This document shows positions 37,042-47,055 of a stretch of 64,000 nucleotides of DNA, in pieces (the stretch's first letter is position 1; every line of letters begins with the position of its first letter). Source of the stretch: an uncultured Myxococcota bacterium. GTDB lineage: Bacteria; Myxococcota_A; UBA796. The notes under the pieces were generated by a model, which saw nothing but the letters and a program-made list of their open reading frames with translations, had not been told where the DNA came from and ran no database searches. The stretch is taken from contig CBFIFY010000013.1 of NCBI GenBank assembly GCA_965661985.1, positions 998 through 64,997 of the forward strand, given 5' to 3'. A program made the position numbers and the translations under genes.

Positions 37042-39789
37042 ATGGGAAAATCACTCGTCATTGTAGAGTCACCAGCCAAAGCCAAAACAATCTCCAAAAT
37101 TTTGGGGAAGGACTATGTTGTCGAAGCCAGTATTGGTCACATTCGAGACTTGCCACGGTCGGCAAAAGAAATTCCGGCGAAAGTCAAAAAGGAGAAATGG
37201 AGTCGCTTGGGCATCAATATTGAATCAGATTTTGAGCCACTCTACGTTGTGTCTGATGCCAAGAAATCTCATGTGTCACACCTCAAAAAATTATTGAAGT
37301 CGGCAGATGAACTCTATCTGGCAACGGATGAAGACCGTGAAGGAGAAAGCATTGCGTGGCACTTGATGGAAGTACTCAAGCCAAAAGTACCTGTGAAGCG
37401 CTTGGTTTTTCATGAAATCACCCCCAAAGCCATCAATAGCGCACTTCAGAACGTTCGAGACATCAAGCAAGATTTGGTCCAAGCACAAGAAGTTCGTCGA
37501 GTGGTGGATCGCCTGTATGGGTATCAGGTCTCTCCATTGCTGTGGGACAAACTTAAAAATCGCAATCTGAGTGCTGGACGGGTTCAATCCGCAGCGTTGC
37601 GCTTAACGGTTGAGCGTGAACGAGAACGGTTGGCTTTTGTCTCTGCAGATTGGTGGTCTATCGAGGCGTATCTTCAAGCCAGTGGAAAGTCGTTTAAGTC
37701 TAGATTGTCAGAGTGGGATGGTCAATCCATCGCCAATGGTAGCGCTTTCAATGACAAGGGAGCATTGACTCGAAGCAGTTTGGTATTGACAGAGCAATTG
37801 GCGCAACAAATAAACGATACAATAAGGGGACAACAGGCATCTGTGGTCTCCAAAAAGACCCGTGGTTTTACAGAAAAGCCAAAAGCACCCTTTATCACAT
37901 CAACCCTTCAGCAAGAAGCAATTCGCAAGTTGCGGTGGACTGCCAAACGAACCATGCAAGTGGCACAACGACTGTATGAAAATGGGTGGATTACCTACAT
38001 GCGTACCGATTCAACAAGTTTGTCGACACAGGCCCTTGAAGCGGCACGGGGATTGATATCTTCTAATTATGGTTCACAGTACTTGCCTAGTAAACCAGTT
38101 TCCTATCGCAATTCCAAAGATGCTCAAGAAGCTCACGAGGCCATTCGACCGGCTGGGGAAACCTTTAAGTCATTGGCGATTGCGGAGAGCAAACTGACTC
38201 GGGATGAGTATCGTCTCTATGAATTGATCTGGAAGAGAACGGTCGCCTCTCAAATGTTGCCGGCAAAAGGTGAACGTTTAACAGCCAAGTTTGAGGTTGA
38301 CAAAGCTACGTTAACCGCGACTGGGAAAACCTATACGTTCCAAGGATTCCGATTGGCCTACGTGGAGGGTTCCGATGATGAACAGGCGGCACTTTCTGAG
38401 CGTGAAATTGTACTGCCAAATTTCGCTGAAGGCGATCAACTTCCTGTCTTGGACACAGAAGGAAAAGGGCACAGCACCAAACCCCCTGCGCGATTTACAG
38501 AAGCGTCGTTGGTTCAAGAACTCGAAAAGAAAGGCATCGGTCGACCGTCAACCTACGCCAGCATCATCGAAAACATCCTAAATAGAAAATATGTTTTTAA
38601 AAAAGGTTCGGCATTGACACCAAGTTTCCGTGGGATGATCGTGACCCGTGCATTGGAAAAGCATCTATCATCGCTGGTGGATTATGATTTCACCTCTCGA
38701 ATGGAATCCAGTTTGGATGACATCGCTTCTGGAAAGTTGGAGCGCTTGAAGTGCTTGAAAGATTTCTACTATGGTGATCGCGGCTTAGAGAATTTGATTG
38801 GTGGTGCAGAAAAGGCGTGGGGAGTTGAGAATGAAGGCTATCCAGTCATGATGGCCGAAGGAGAAGAACTTTTTGTCTCTTTCAATCGGTATGGTGAATA
38901 CATTTTGAAAGACGAGGAGCGCATTTATCTCAATGAAGACATTGCCCCAGATGAATTGAATGCGGTCAAAGTCGAAGAGTTGATCAGCAAACAAAACAGC
39001 AAACCAGACCCTGTCGAGTTGATGACTTGTCCAACAACCGACAAGCCGGTACTGCTGATATATGGTCGCTATGGTTGGTATCTTCAAGTCGGAAACGAAG
39101 AAAAGAAGCGAAACAACCGCAGTGTTGGGTTGTTGCCAGAGGATTCCAACCGTGATGTTGGTGCACCTCCATCTTTTGACGAGCTACAATTGCTTCGTTT
39201 GTTGGAAATGCCAAAAGAAATGGGCGAGGTTGAAGTCAAAGGACAGACCGAGAAGCTTCATTTGTACATTGGAAAGTATGGACCGTACTTAAAAGCCGGA
39301 AAAACAAGTGTCAGTTTGCGCGATGTTCCAGACTGGCAAAATACGCAAATTTACACAATGACAAATGAGGAAGGGTTGGAGATTTTCAACAACCCACCGA
39401 AAAAGAAGAGTGTTTTGCGAGAGTTGGGCAAAGATTCAGAAGGAAATGAGATTCTGATCAAGACAGGTTTCTTTGGACCGTACATTACAGACGGAACGAC
39501 CAATGCATCATTGGGACGGCGGATCCTCGAGGACATCACCCTTGATGATGCAATCAAGTTGATTGTGGAAAAGCGCAACAAGCCCAAAAAGCCCAAAAAA
39601 GGCAAGGGTGCCAAGGCTACGTCTACAAAGACAGCAAAGAAAAGCACTGCCAAAAAGTCCACAAAGAAGACGTCTGCAAAAAGTACAACGAAGGCAAAGA
39701 AAACTGAAGACAAAAAAACGGCTGAGAAAAAGCCTGCTGCCAAAGTTAGAAAAAAGCCAGCCAAGAAGGGTAGCAAGACCAAAAAATAA
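37042..39789 (+). CDS. topA: DNA topoisomerase I with Topo_C repeats and a Lys-rich tail
   Basis: LVIVESPAKAKTI, ATDEDREGE, SAGRVQS, ITYMRTDS, AHEAIRP, GIGRPSTY; GRYG/GKYGPY/GFFGPY repeats; K/A/T-rich C-terminus. Confidence 0.97.
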   Translation: MGKSLVIVESPAKAKTISKILGKDYVVEASIGHIRDLPRSAKEIPAKVKKEKWSRLGINIESDFEPLYVVSDAKKSHVSHLKKLLKSADELYLATDEDREGESIAWHLMEVLKPKVPVKRLVFHEITPKAINSALQNVRDIKQDLVQAQEVRRVVDRLYGYQVSPLLWDKLKNRNLSAGRVQSAALRLTVERERERLAFVSADWWSIEAYLQASGKSFKSRLSEWDGQSIANGSAFNDKGALTRSSLVLTEQLAQQINDTIRGQQASVVSKKTRGFTEKPKAPFITSTLQQEAIRKLRWTAKRTMQVAQRLYENGWITYMRTDSTSLSTQALEAARGLISSNYGSQYLPSKPVSYRNSKDAQEAHEAIRPAGETFKSLAIAESKLTRDEYRLYELIWKRTVASQMLPAKGERLTAKFEVDKATLTATGKTYTFQGFRLAYVEGSDDEQAALSEREIVLPNFAEGDQLPVLDTEGKGHSTKPPARFTEASLVQELEKKGIGRPSTYASIIENILNRKYVFKKGSALTPSFRGMIVTRALEKHLSSLVDYDFTSRMESSLDDIASGKLERLKCLKDFYYGDRGLENLIGGAEKAWGVENEGYPVMMAEGEELFVSFNRYGEYILKDEERIYLNEDIAPDELNAVKVEELISKQNSKPDPVELMTCPTTDKPVLLIYGRYGWYLQVGNEEKKRNNRSVGLLPEDSNRDVGAPPSFDELQLLRLLEMPKEMGEVEVKGQTEKLHLYIGKYGPYLKAGKTSVSLRDVPDWQNTQIYTMTNEEGLEIFNNPPKKKSVLRELGKDSEGNEILIKTGFFGPYITDGTTNASLGRRILEDITLDDAIKLIVEKRNKPKKPKKGKGAKATSTKTAKKSTAKKSTKKTSAKSTTKAKKTEDKKTAEKKPAAKVRKKPAKKGSKTKK

Positions 39790-39870
39790 CCTTTCTACAA
39801 ACGTGAACCCACTGTCCGGATAGGCAAAAAGAGTAGGGGAAGGGTTAGGAAGGGGTAGGAAGAGCAGAAC

Positions 39871-39905
39871 AAAGAGGGGGTGAAATGTCCCCTCTTTATT
39901 TTTTG
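39871..39905. terminator. Rho-independent (probably bidirectional) terminator after topA
   Basis: AAAGAGGGG...CCCCTCTTT followed by a T-run; preceded by degenerate AGGG(G/T)TAGGA 10-mers. Confidence 0.75.
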
Positions 39906-39907
39906 TT

Positions 39908-40126
39908 CTAAATGCATCCACCGCCAACAGACAGTCGAAATATAGAGACAACCAAGACAAAGATGCCCAGATTTTGTCCAGTGTTTTCTGATGAGAGGAT
40001 GCCAAATCCAATCGCTAGGATGGCGAATGGGATAACGAACCAATTGATCCATCCAAAAAAAGGGGTAAAAGCAACCATAGCTCCAATAAGAGCTAGAAAT
40101 CCTGCAATGATTGATAGTGTGTTCAT
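39908..40126 (-). CDS. Small membrane protein
   Basis: 72 aa, strongly hydrophobic; PFFGWINWFVIP and RL..GGG motifs. Confidence 0.7.
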   Translation of the reverse strand: MNTLSIIAGFLALIGAMVAFTPFFGWINWFVIPFAILAIGFGILSSENTGQNLGIFVLVVSIFRLSVGGGCI

Positions 40127-40243
40127 GTTCTGCCTCGATATTTCGATGTGATGTGTAGTTGAAAGACGCATTCAACCGTCGATGCTAAGACAAAATAACG
40201 CGAAGTTGTAAAAGAGATCATTTTTCGTTCGTGTAAAAACTAG

Positions 40244-40270
40244 AAAAGGTGGGATAGAGTCCCACCTTTC
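40244..40270 (-). terminator. Rho-independent terminator after metK
   Basis: AAAGGTGGGA-TAGAG-TCCCACCTTT. Confidence 0.75.
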
Positions 40271-40302
40271 ATGCGCTTATTTTCGTTTGATTGCTGGTAC
40301 AA

Positions 40303-41505
40303 TCAAGCCAAGAATGCTTTGATGGCTTCGACTTTGTCCGTACGCTCCCAAGTGAAATCTTCCAATTCGCGTCCAAAGTGTCCATAGGCAGCGGTCTGTC
40401 TGTAAATGGGGCGAGTCAGGTTCAATTGGCTTGTAAACACCCCAGGTCGAGCATCAAATACGGATTTGACGCACTCTGCAAGACGTTGGTCGCTGTGTAT
40501 CCCAGTGCCGTAGGTGTCCACCATTACCGATACAGGCTCTGCGACTCCGATGGCGTAGGCCAACTGAACCAAGCATTTCTTTGCCATTCCAGCGGCAACC
40601 AAGTTTTTGGCAATGTATCGACCCAAGTACGCAGCCGAGCGGTCCACTTTTGAAGGATCTTTACCCGAGAAAGCTCCTCCTCCGTGCGCTCCATGCCCAC
40701 CATAGGTGTCTACAATGATCTTTCGACCAGTGAGTCCAGCATCTCCAACAGGTCCACCGGTTTCAAATCGACCAGTCGGATTGATGTGAATCTCTGTTTT
40801 TTCATCCAACAGGTTTGCCGGCAGAACAGCGCGAATGACTTTCTCTTCAACTTCTGCTCGAATGGCGTCCATTTCCAATTTTTCACCGCCTGCATCTTCG
40901 CGAGATGAATTCAGTTTCGCGTGGTGTGCGGACAGTACGACAGCGTCGATGCGTGTGGGAACACCATCCACATACTGGATGGTAACCTGACTTTTTGCAT
41001 CTGGATAGGCCCAACTTAGCTCGCCACTTTTCCGAAGTTCTGCATACTTGGCCAACAATAGGTGAGAATAATGTAGAGACATTGGCATCAGCACATCTGT
41101 TTCATCGCACGCATAGCCAAACATCATTCCTTGATCCCCAGCACCTTGTGCAGCCAAATCTTCTGGATTTTTGTCCACACCACGATTGATGTCTGCAGAT
41201 TGTCCTTCCAATGCAACCATGATTCCACAGGTGTTTCCATCAAATCCTTTGTCAGAATGGTCATACCCAATATCTGTTAAGACAGATCGAACGATGTCTT
41301 GGTAGTTGATGTTGGTTGCCGCTGATGTAATTTCTCCAGCGAGAACAACCAGCCCCGTTTTTACCAAGGTTTCGCAAGCGACGCGGGCATTGGGGTCTTG
41401 AGCCAGATGGGCATCCAAAATGGCATCAGAAATTTGGTCGCAGACTTTGTCTGGATGACCTTCAGAGACAGATTCGGAGGTGAAGAAGTGATTTTGATTG
41501 GACAC
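40303..41505 (-). CDS. metK: S-adenosylmethionine synthetase
   Basis: [33 protein letters not shown] and [15 protein letters not shown] motifs. Confidence 0.98.
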   Translation of the reverse strand: MSNQNHFFTSESVSEGHPDKVCDQISDAILDAHLAQDPNARVACETLVKTGLVVLAGEITSAATNINYQDIVRSVLTDIGYDHSDKGFDGNTCGIMVALEGQSADINRGVDKNPEDLAAQGAGDQGMMFGYACDETDVLMPMSLHYSHLLLAKYAELRKSGELSWAYPDAKSQVTIQYVDGVPTRIDAVVLSAHHAKLNSSREDAGGEKLEMDAIRAEVEEKVIRAVLPANLLDEKTEIHINPTGRFETGGPVGDAGLTGRKIIVDTYGGHGAHGGGAFSGKDPSKVDRSAAYLGRYIAKNLVAAGMAKKCLVQLAYAIGVAEPVSVMVDTYGTGIHSDQRLAECVKSVFDARPGVFTSQLNLTRPIYRQTAAYGHFGRELEDFTWERTDKVEAIKAFLA

Positions 41506-41653
41506 GGCGTTGACTCCTTGTATGGTATTGACAACTGTCTACATAGTACAATGGGTTATCAGACCCAACTTTTTGAAAAAATAACTTGTTAATTTAGGCT
41601 TTTCTGATCAAATTGTCAAGCCAAACAACCGAGTTTGAACAGTGAGGATAAAA

Positions 41654-42061
41654 ATGGAACAAAACTTCAAAATTATTGAAGGGCAGGCAACAAGACACAT
41701 CAAGCTTCGTTGGGTTGGCGCTCCGTTCTTTGTATTGGGACTTGTTTGGCTGTTCATCGTGCTTCAAGCGGCGCTTCAAACAGGCAGTTGGTATCCAGTG
41801 ATGATTGCCTTTGCATCGACCATGATGGGGTTGACGTGTTTTGGATTGAATCACGATACCGCCATTCAACTGGCAATGGAAATTAGACGAGCTGACCCAG
41901 AGTATGTCTTCGAAAGCACATTGCAACGTGAGGTCAGCGAGGAAGTTGAGCGAGATCACGCACATGCGTTGTCACTTTCTGGACATCCAACACTGGGCAT
42001 GGTTCTTCCGGTGATTACGTTGTGTGTACACGCTCTGATGGTGTATCTGATTTGGTTTTAA
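41654..42061 (+). CDS. Hypothetical membrane protein
   Basis: Three hydrophobic segments; GAGG SD before ATG 41654. Confidence 0.65.
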   Translation: MEQNFKIIEGQATRHIKLRWVGAPFFVLGLVWLFIVLQAALQTGSWYPVMIAFASTMMGLTCFGLNHDTAIQLAMEIRRADPEYVFESTLQREVSEEVERDHAHALSLSGHPTLGMVLPVITLCVHALMVYLIWF

Positions 42062-42105
42062 AGAATCTTCACCAAGCGAGCGTCTGACGTGGAGGCGACA
42101 GCGAA

Positions 42106-43248
42106 ATGGAACGTTTGGCATTTCTTGGTGACAACAAACAAATCAATCTTTGGACGGACAGGCAAAGTCCATTGAAGCAGGTGACCTACCCACTCGCAGA
42201 AGGGGAGAACGTTCCCGCTTTGTGGCCAACATGGTCTCCAGATGGTCAGTGGCTGGCGTATTTTCAACCCCTTCAAGAACGCTGTCCGGCGCGTCTATGT
42301 GTTGCTCAGACTGACGGTATGGACATGATTGTGCTTGCAGAGTGGAGGGACCGACAGCCCATTTATATACATTGGAGCCCAACGGGGAAGCATCTGGCTG
42401 TTGTGGAGCAAAGTCAAGATGGGATTGAACTCGTTGTGTATCCACTTAACGGTTCGGCTTCGATTCCATTGGATGATGGTGCACCGATTTTCTTTCAATG
42501 GTTGGAAGACGGCACAGGAATTGTTGCTCATGTGGTTCACCCCATCCGACAAACGTCTCGAATTCAGTTTTACTCTCTCGAAGACAGCAATGTAGATTGG
42601 GTTATCACGGAAAATTCTGGTGGCTTTTGTACACCCTTGTTTCATGACGATAAGTTGTTGTATGCAGAGCAAATGAATGGAATGACCCATGTAAAGAAGA
42701 TGAATCTGGAAACAGAAGAGACCGAAGAGTTGGTTGCTCTCCAAGGAGTATTGTCTTTACAACCCAGACCCTTGCACGATCAAATTGCGATCGGGGTGAC
42801 GGGACCTCAATCCAATATACAAAAAGGTCTTCAGTTGTTGGACTTGAAAACGGGTTTGATGCAGACATTGACGGAAGATTCGGACGAGAGATTGTCTTGG
42901 CAATCGATGTTTTGGACAAATGATGGAACAAAATTGCTCATCTCGGCGGTCAACAATTCACAACGCTGGTTGGAGTGGCAACTGTGGACAGAACAACAGG
43001 GACACGAGATCATCAATCAGTTCATTCCAACCCGAGAGCAACTGTTCTACCTTCATTTCTTTGATCAGTTTTCTCTCAGCCATTCATTGTTGTCAAATGA
43101 CAATACGCACTTCTATTTCTCTGGATATGAGTCGCCAAATCAGCGTGGAAAATTTCCACCCCGTCCTTGGTTGTTTCGAGGCACGCTTGAAGCAGGGCGT
43201 GAGTTTGAGGCTTTAGAACACGGCCTGTTCCCAGCGGTAAAGCCCTAA
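42106..43248 (+). CDS. TolB/PD40-like beta-propeller protein (no signal peptide seen)
   Basis: WPTWSPDGQWLAY, WSPTGKHLA and FWTNDG repeats. Confidence 0.7.
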   Translation: MERLAFLGDNKQINLWTDRQSPLKQVTYPLAEGENVPALWPTWSPDGQWLAYFQPLQERCPARLCVAQTDGMDMIVLAEWRDRQPIYIHWSPTGKHLAVVEQSQDGIELVVYPLNGSASIPLDDGAPIFFQWLEDGTGIVAHVVHPIRQTSRIQFYSLEDSNVDWVITENSGGFCTPLFHDDKLLYAEQMNGMTHVKKMNLETEETEELVALQGVLSLQPRPLHDQIAIGVTGPQSNIQKGLQLLDLKTGLMQTLTEDSDERLSWQSMFWTNDGTKLLISAVNNSQRWLEWQLWTEQQGHEIINQFIPTREQLFYLHFFDQFSLSHSLLSNDNTHFYFSGYESPNQRGKFPPRPWLFRGTLEAGREFEALEHGLFPAVKP

Positions 43249-43265
43249 GCCAACGATAGACAACT

Positions 43266-44261
43266 TTACTGCAAAACTTTCCAAGAAGATGTCGGAAAAG
43301 TCTCTGATTTTTTTGGCTCTGTGGCTGCTACAACATAGAGTACACGTCGATTTTGGGCTTCATCGACGCCATCCGCGGTTGGAACGGCCAGCACACTTTC
43401 ACCAAAACCTTGATAATGAATGCTGCCTTGGAAGCCATTGGATTGAAACCATTTTGCAATTGAATGCGCCCGTCGTTGGCTGAGGGTTTTGTTGTGGGAG
43501 GCATCGCCAACAGTGTCTGTGTACCCAGCCACATAGAGGTTGACTACGGCAAACTGGCTGTATTTATTGACCACTTTTTGGATTTCATCTTGGACATCGG
43601 TCAGTTTATAGACTTCTGTTGATGGTATGATGGATTGGTTGGATGCAAAGATGACATCTTCATGTGGAATGTCATAACTCCATGGATACAGTTTCATGCT
43701 GGTGGTGAAACCATATACGTCTTTGCCTTCCACTTGAATGACGGCGATGTCGTCTGACAAAGCCTCCCAAGAAACCTCAGCGAAGCCCAAGTTGAAGGCA
43801 GGGTCGACTCGTTCAAAGCCTTCTCCGACGGGACTGCCATCGGAGTCCAACAAAGAGACGCTGTAACTTTCGGCAGGTCGATCCATTTTGACTTTGAGGG
43901 TGCCCGCATCAATATTGACGGACTCTGTAGGCAGAGTCAGTGTCAAAGCAGGGTGCATGGAGACGCCAAACTTTAACGGCATAGAACCACTGGACCCGTC
44001 ATCCATCTCAATGGAGAGTGTTCCTGTACAGGTGTGCTCTCCCACTTTCGTGTCAATGGGCAGTTTGATGTCTCCACGGTCTGCGCTGCGGTGGATGGAG
44101 AATGATTTTTCGGCACAGTTGACTTGGACATCCAGCATTGTCAACGGTTGACGCACTTTTAAGATGAGAGCGGGGTTTTGAGTTTGTACTTGCCCATGTC
44201 GAATTACTTCAATGTCCACGGCATTTTCTGCCGAGGCGAGTGCTGTTAGCAGCCAAATCAT
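43266..44261 (-). CDS. OmpA/MotB-family peptidoglycan-binding protein
   Basis: C-terminal GYTDTVG...N..LS.RRA...GFGE..LAV....EAQNRRV; short signal peptide MIWLLTALASA. Confidence 0.88.
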   Translation of the reverse strand: MIWLLTALASAENAVDIEVIRHGQVQTQNPALILKVRQPLTMLDVQVNCAEKSFSIHRSADRGDIKLPIDTKVGEHTCTGTLSIEMDDGSSGSMPLKFGVSMHPALTLTLPTESVNIDAGTLKVKMDRPAESYSVSLLDSDGSPVGEGFERVDPAFNLGFAEVSWEALSDDIAVIQVEGKDVYGFTTSMKLYPWSYDIPHEDVIFASNQSIIPSTEVYKLTDVQDEIQKVVNKYSQFAVVNLYVAGYTDTVGDASHNKTLSQRRAHSIAKWFQSNGFQGSIHYQGFGESVLAVPTADGVDEAQNRRVLYVVAATEPKKSETFPTSSWKVLQ

Positions 44262-44271
44262 AGGGTCTCCC

Positions 44272-44336
44272 AAGTTTAATTTAAGTATAATTTAAGTTTA
44301 ATCTAAGGCTAATCTAGGTCTAATGTTGTCCAATCT
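44272..44336. repeat. Degenerate 11-bp tandem repeat in a divergent promoter
   Basis: AAGTTTAATTT AAGTATAATTT AAGTTTAATCT AAGGCTAATCT AGGTCTAATGT TGTCCAATCT. Confidence 0.7.
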
Positions 44337-44418
44337 ATCGTGTTTGGGTTGGAAATGTTTTCTTCTGTGGTTATGAACTGTCATCCAATTTTTATTCCAA
44401 GGCAACTGGAGGCATATC

Positions 44419-45939
44419 ATGAATGAAATTTTAACACGTTTGGGTTTGAAAGAAATCAACGGTGGTGCATGGGCAGGTGGTGAGATTGACATCTCCAACG
44501 ATCAAGCCGAAACCGTCGAATCCATCAATCCATCCACTGGTAAGCTTCTCGCAAAAGTACAATTGGCTGGTACGGCAGAATACGAGCAAGTGGTCAACAA
44601 GGCACAAGATGTTTTTGAGCGTTGGAGAATGTTGCCTGCGCCAAAACGTGGTGAGATCGTTCGTCAAATGGGCGAGGCGTTGCGTGACCACAAGGATGAT
44701 TTGGGCGCACTGGTCAGTATGGAAGTGGGCAAAGTGCTCAGCGAAGGACTGGGCGAAGTCCAAGAAAGCATTGATATGGCCGATTTTTGTGTGGGCTTGT
44801 CTAGACAGTTGTACGGTTTGAGTATGCACTCTGAACGTCCGTTGCACAGAATGTACGAGCAGTGGCATCCACTGGGTCCCATCGGTGTAATCACAGCTTT
44901 TAACTTTCCAAACGCAGTGTGGGCATGGAATGCAATGGTGGCCTTGGTCTGTGGAGATACGGTCATTTGGAAACCATCTTTGAAAGCCTCTTTGACTGCG
45001 ATTGCCACACACAAGTTGATGAACGATGTGTTGGCCAAACATGGGTTTGAAGGCGCACTGGGATTGATTATTGGTTCAGACGCAGAAGTTGGTGAGACGA
45101 TGATCGCCGACAAACGACTGCCGTTGATCTCGGCGACAGGATCGACCCGCATGGGGAAACATGTCAATCAAGTAGTCGCTGCGCGTCTTGGTCGATGCCT
45201 CTTAGAGTTGGGCGGCAACAACGCCATCATCGTGGATGGAAATGCGGATTTGGACTTGGCGCTGCGTGGGGTTGCATTCGGAGCCGTGGGAACAGCAGGT
45301 CAGCGTTGTACTACAACTCGACGTCTGTTCTTGCACAAGTCGATTGCCGAAGAGTTTACCAGTCGTCTGGTTGCTGCTTATGAAAAGTTTCCAATCGGAG
45401 ATGCCTTGGACAGTGGTGTCTTGGTGGGACCGCTGATTGATCAGGGGGCTGTGGATCAGTTTTTGCACGCAGTAGAAACCGCACAGTCACAGGGTGGGAC
45501 GGTTCTTGTGGGTGGAGAAGCCTGCGAGGGAGACGGATTCTTTGTCAAACCAACCTTGATCAAGGCAGACTTGTCGATGCCGATCACCAAAGAAGAAACT
45601 TTCGCACCGATTTTGTACATCTTTGAGTACGATGACTTGAATGAAGCGATAGCGGCCAACAACGATGTTCCTCAAGGGTTGTCTTCGGCAATTTTCTCAG
45701 ACTCTTTTCGCAGCGTAGAACGGTTCTTGTCGCCAGCGGGGTCGGATTGTGGAATCGCCAATGTCAACATTGGTACTTCAGGTGCCGAGATTGGTGGGGC
45801 GTTTGGTGGAGAAAAAGAGACTGGCGGTGGACGTGAAGCTGGTTCAGACTCTTGGAAAGCGTACATGCGACGTCAAACTTGTACCTTGAATTGGTCTACG
45901 GATCTGCCCTTGGCACAAGGTGTGACTTTCGATATCTAA
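44419..45939 (+). CDS. Aldehyde dehydrogenase family 7 (piperideine-6-carboxylate/antiquitin-like)
   Basis: TAFNFP, LELGGNNA, AGQRCTT, ETFAP, SDCGIANVNIGTSGAEIGGAFGGEKETGGGRE, LPLAQG. Confidence 0.93.
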   Translation: MNEILTRLGLKEINGGAWAGGEIDISNDQAETVESINPSTGKLLAKVQLAGTAEYEQVVNKAQDVFERWRMLPAPKRGEIVRQMGEALRDHKDDLGALVSMEVGKVLSEGLGEVQESIDMADFCVGLSRQLYGLSMHSERPLHRMYEQWHPLGPIGVITAFNFPNAVWAWNAMVALVCGDTVIWKPSLKASLTAIATHKLMNDVLAKHGFEGALGLIIGSDAEVGETMIADKRLPLISATGSTRMGKHVNQVVAARLGRCLLELGGNNAIIVDGNADLDLALRGVAFGAVGTAGQRCTTTRRLFLHKSIAEEFTSRLVAAYEKFPIGDALDSGVLVGPLIDQGAVDQFLHAVETAQSQGGTVLVGGEACEGDGFFVKPTLIKADLSMPITKEETFAPILYIFEYDDLNEAIAANNDVPQGLSSAIFSDSFRSVERFLSPAGSDCGIANVNIGTSGAEIGGAFGGEKETGGGREAGSDSWKAYMRRQTCTLNWSTDLPLAQGVTFDI

Positions 45940-45976
45940 TGTGATTGCACAACGAATACGGTAAACACGGGCAACA

Positions 45977-46168
45977 ATGGCGAAAAAACGACGAAAAAGT
46001 TCAAAGAAAGCACCGAGAAACCACATTGTGGACTACTTTGTGACGATGTGTGTATTTTTCTTGATCGTTGTCGTAGCAGGCTTCTGGTATGTGGAAGATA
46101 TTCGTGTTGGGATGGCGGTTATCGCTGAAACCTTTATGAAATCATTCTTTCCAGACGCCTTGCCATAA
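45977..46168 (+). CDS. Small single-TM hypothetical protein
   Basis: Basic N-terminus followed by one TM helix; fills the gap between co-oriented genes. Confidence 0.5.
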   Translation: MAKKRRKSSKKAPRNHIVDYFVTMCVFFLIVVVAGFWYVEDIRVGMAVIAETFMKSFFPDALP

Positions 46169-46293
46169 GCGATGTTGGTAGAAATAGTTCTAGATCTCAA
46201 TGTGAAAAGGAAGACAAAAACGGTCTTTTTGCTTGCAGTTTGCGTGTTTTTTTAGTATTGTAACTGGGTAACCCTACAAACGACGGAGACGTT

Positions 46294-46929
46294 ATGAACA
46301 CAAAATTTTGGTCTTTGGCTGCAATCTTGGCAGTCGGTACAGCTTGTTTAGACGATGAAAAAACAGAAGAAGAGGAAGGCGAAGAAACTTCAGAGCCTAC
46401 TTCAGAGCCCTCAGCAGAAGAACCCGCTGGTGAGCCTTCAACAGAAGAGCCTGCCGCTGAACCTTCTTACGCATACATCACACAATCATTCTCAGGTTCT
46501 GCCACTGTAGCGCCTGGAACTTCTTACGAAGGTACAGAAACATTGTCTGTTGGCGTGAACGACACAGCTGGAACAGGAAACTTGTCTACTGAATTGATCT
46601 GGAGCGTTGTGGGTACACCTGCAGAAGATCCTGCAGATTGTGCAGACTGCGTATTCTCTTTCGATTTGAACTTGACATTTGATGCTGCAGCTTCAACTGA
46701 CCCAGACGGCAGTGGTGAAGACTTCGTATTCTCATACGCTTTTGGAACAAGTTCATACGGTGAGAACACATTGTTCTACGGAAATGAAGCATACGGTTGG
46801 TCACCATGGTTGGTAGACGGTGAGTCACAAGCAGACTTGGCTGGAACTGCACACGCTCAAGAAGTATCTTTCGATGGTACAAACTTCACTTACTCTGATG
46901 GTACTGTAGACTTCTACTACTACTACTAA
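46294..46929 (+). CDS. Acidic lipoprotein, probably highly expressed, ending in DFYYYY
   Basis: GGAG SD; lipobox GTAC; EP-rich repeats; biased codons (GCT/ACT/TCT/TAC/TTC); own terminator. Confidence 0.8.
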   Translation: MNTKFWSLAAILAVGTACLDDEKTEEEEGEETSEPTSEPSAEEPAGEPSTEEPAAEPSYAYITQSFSGSATVAPGTSYEGTETLSVGVNDTAGTGNLSTELIWSVVGTPAEDPADCADCVFSFDLNLTFDAAASTDPDGSGEDFVFSYAFGTSSYGENTLFYGNEAYGWSPWLVDGESQADLAGTAHAQEVSFDGTNFTYSDGTVDFYYYY

Positions 46930-46945
46930 TCGCTTTTGTGAATGC

Positions 46946-46985
46946 GAGGCCCCAGTTCTTCGGAGTTGGGGCTTTTTGCTTTTTT
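46946..46985 (+). terminator. Rho-independent terminator
   Basis: GAGGCCCCAGTTC-TTCG-GAGTTGGGGCTTT followed by a T-run. Confidence 0.85.
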
Positions 46986-47055
46986 CAATGGCCTTGTTGT
47001 ATTGATCTTTTTCTACAATTCCTTTTCATAATCGTTGTCCCATGAGGTGAAAGGC

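Noticed and set aside
39570-39789. Lys-rich repetitive TopA tail as a novelty
   Set aside because: Basic C-terminal tails with Topo_C repeats are already known for zinc-ribbon-less TopA enzymes such as those of actinobacteria.
41506-41650. SAM riboswitch upstream of metK
   Set aside because: The spacer is short and is shared with a divergent gene. No SAM-I/II consensus elements were recognised.
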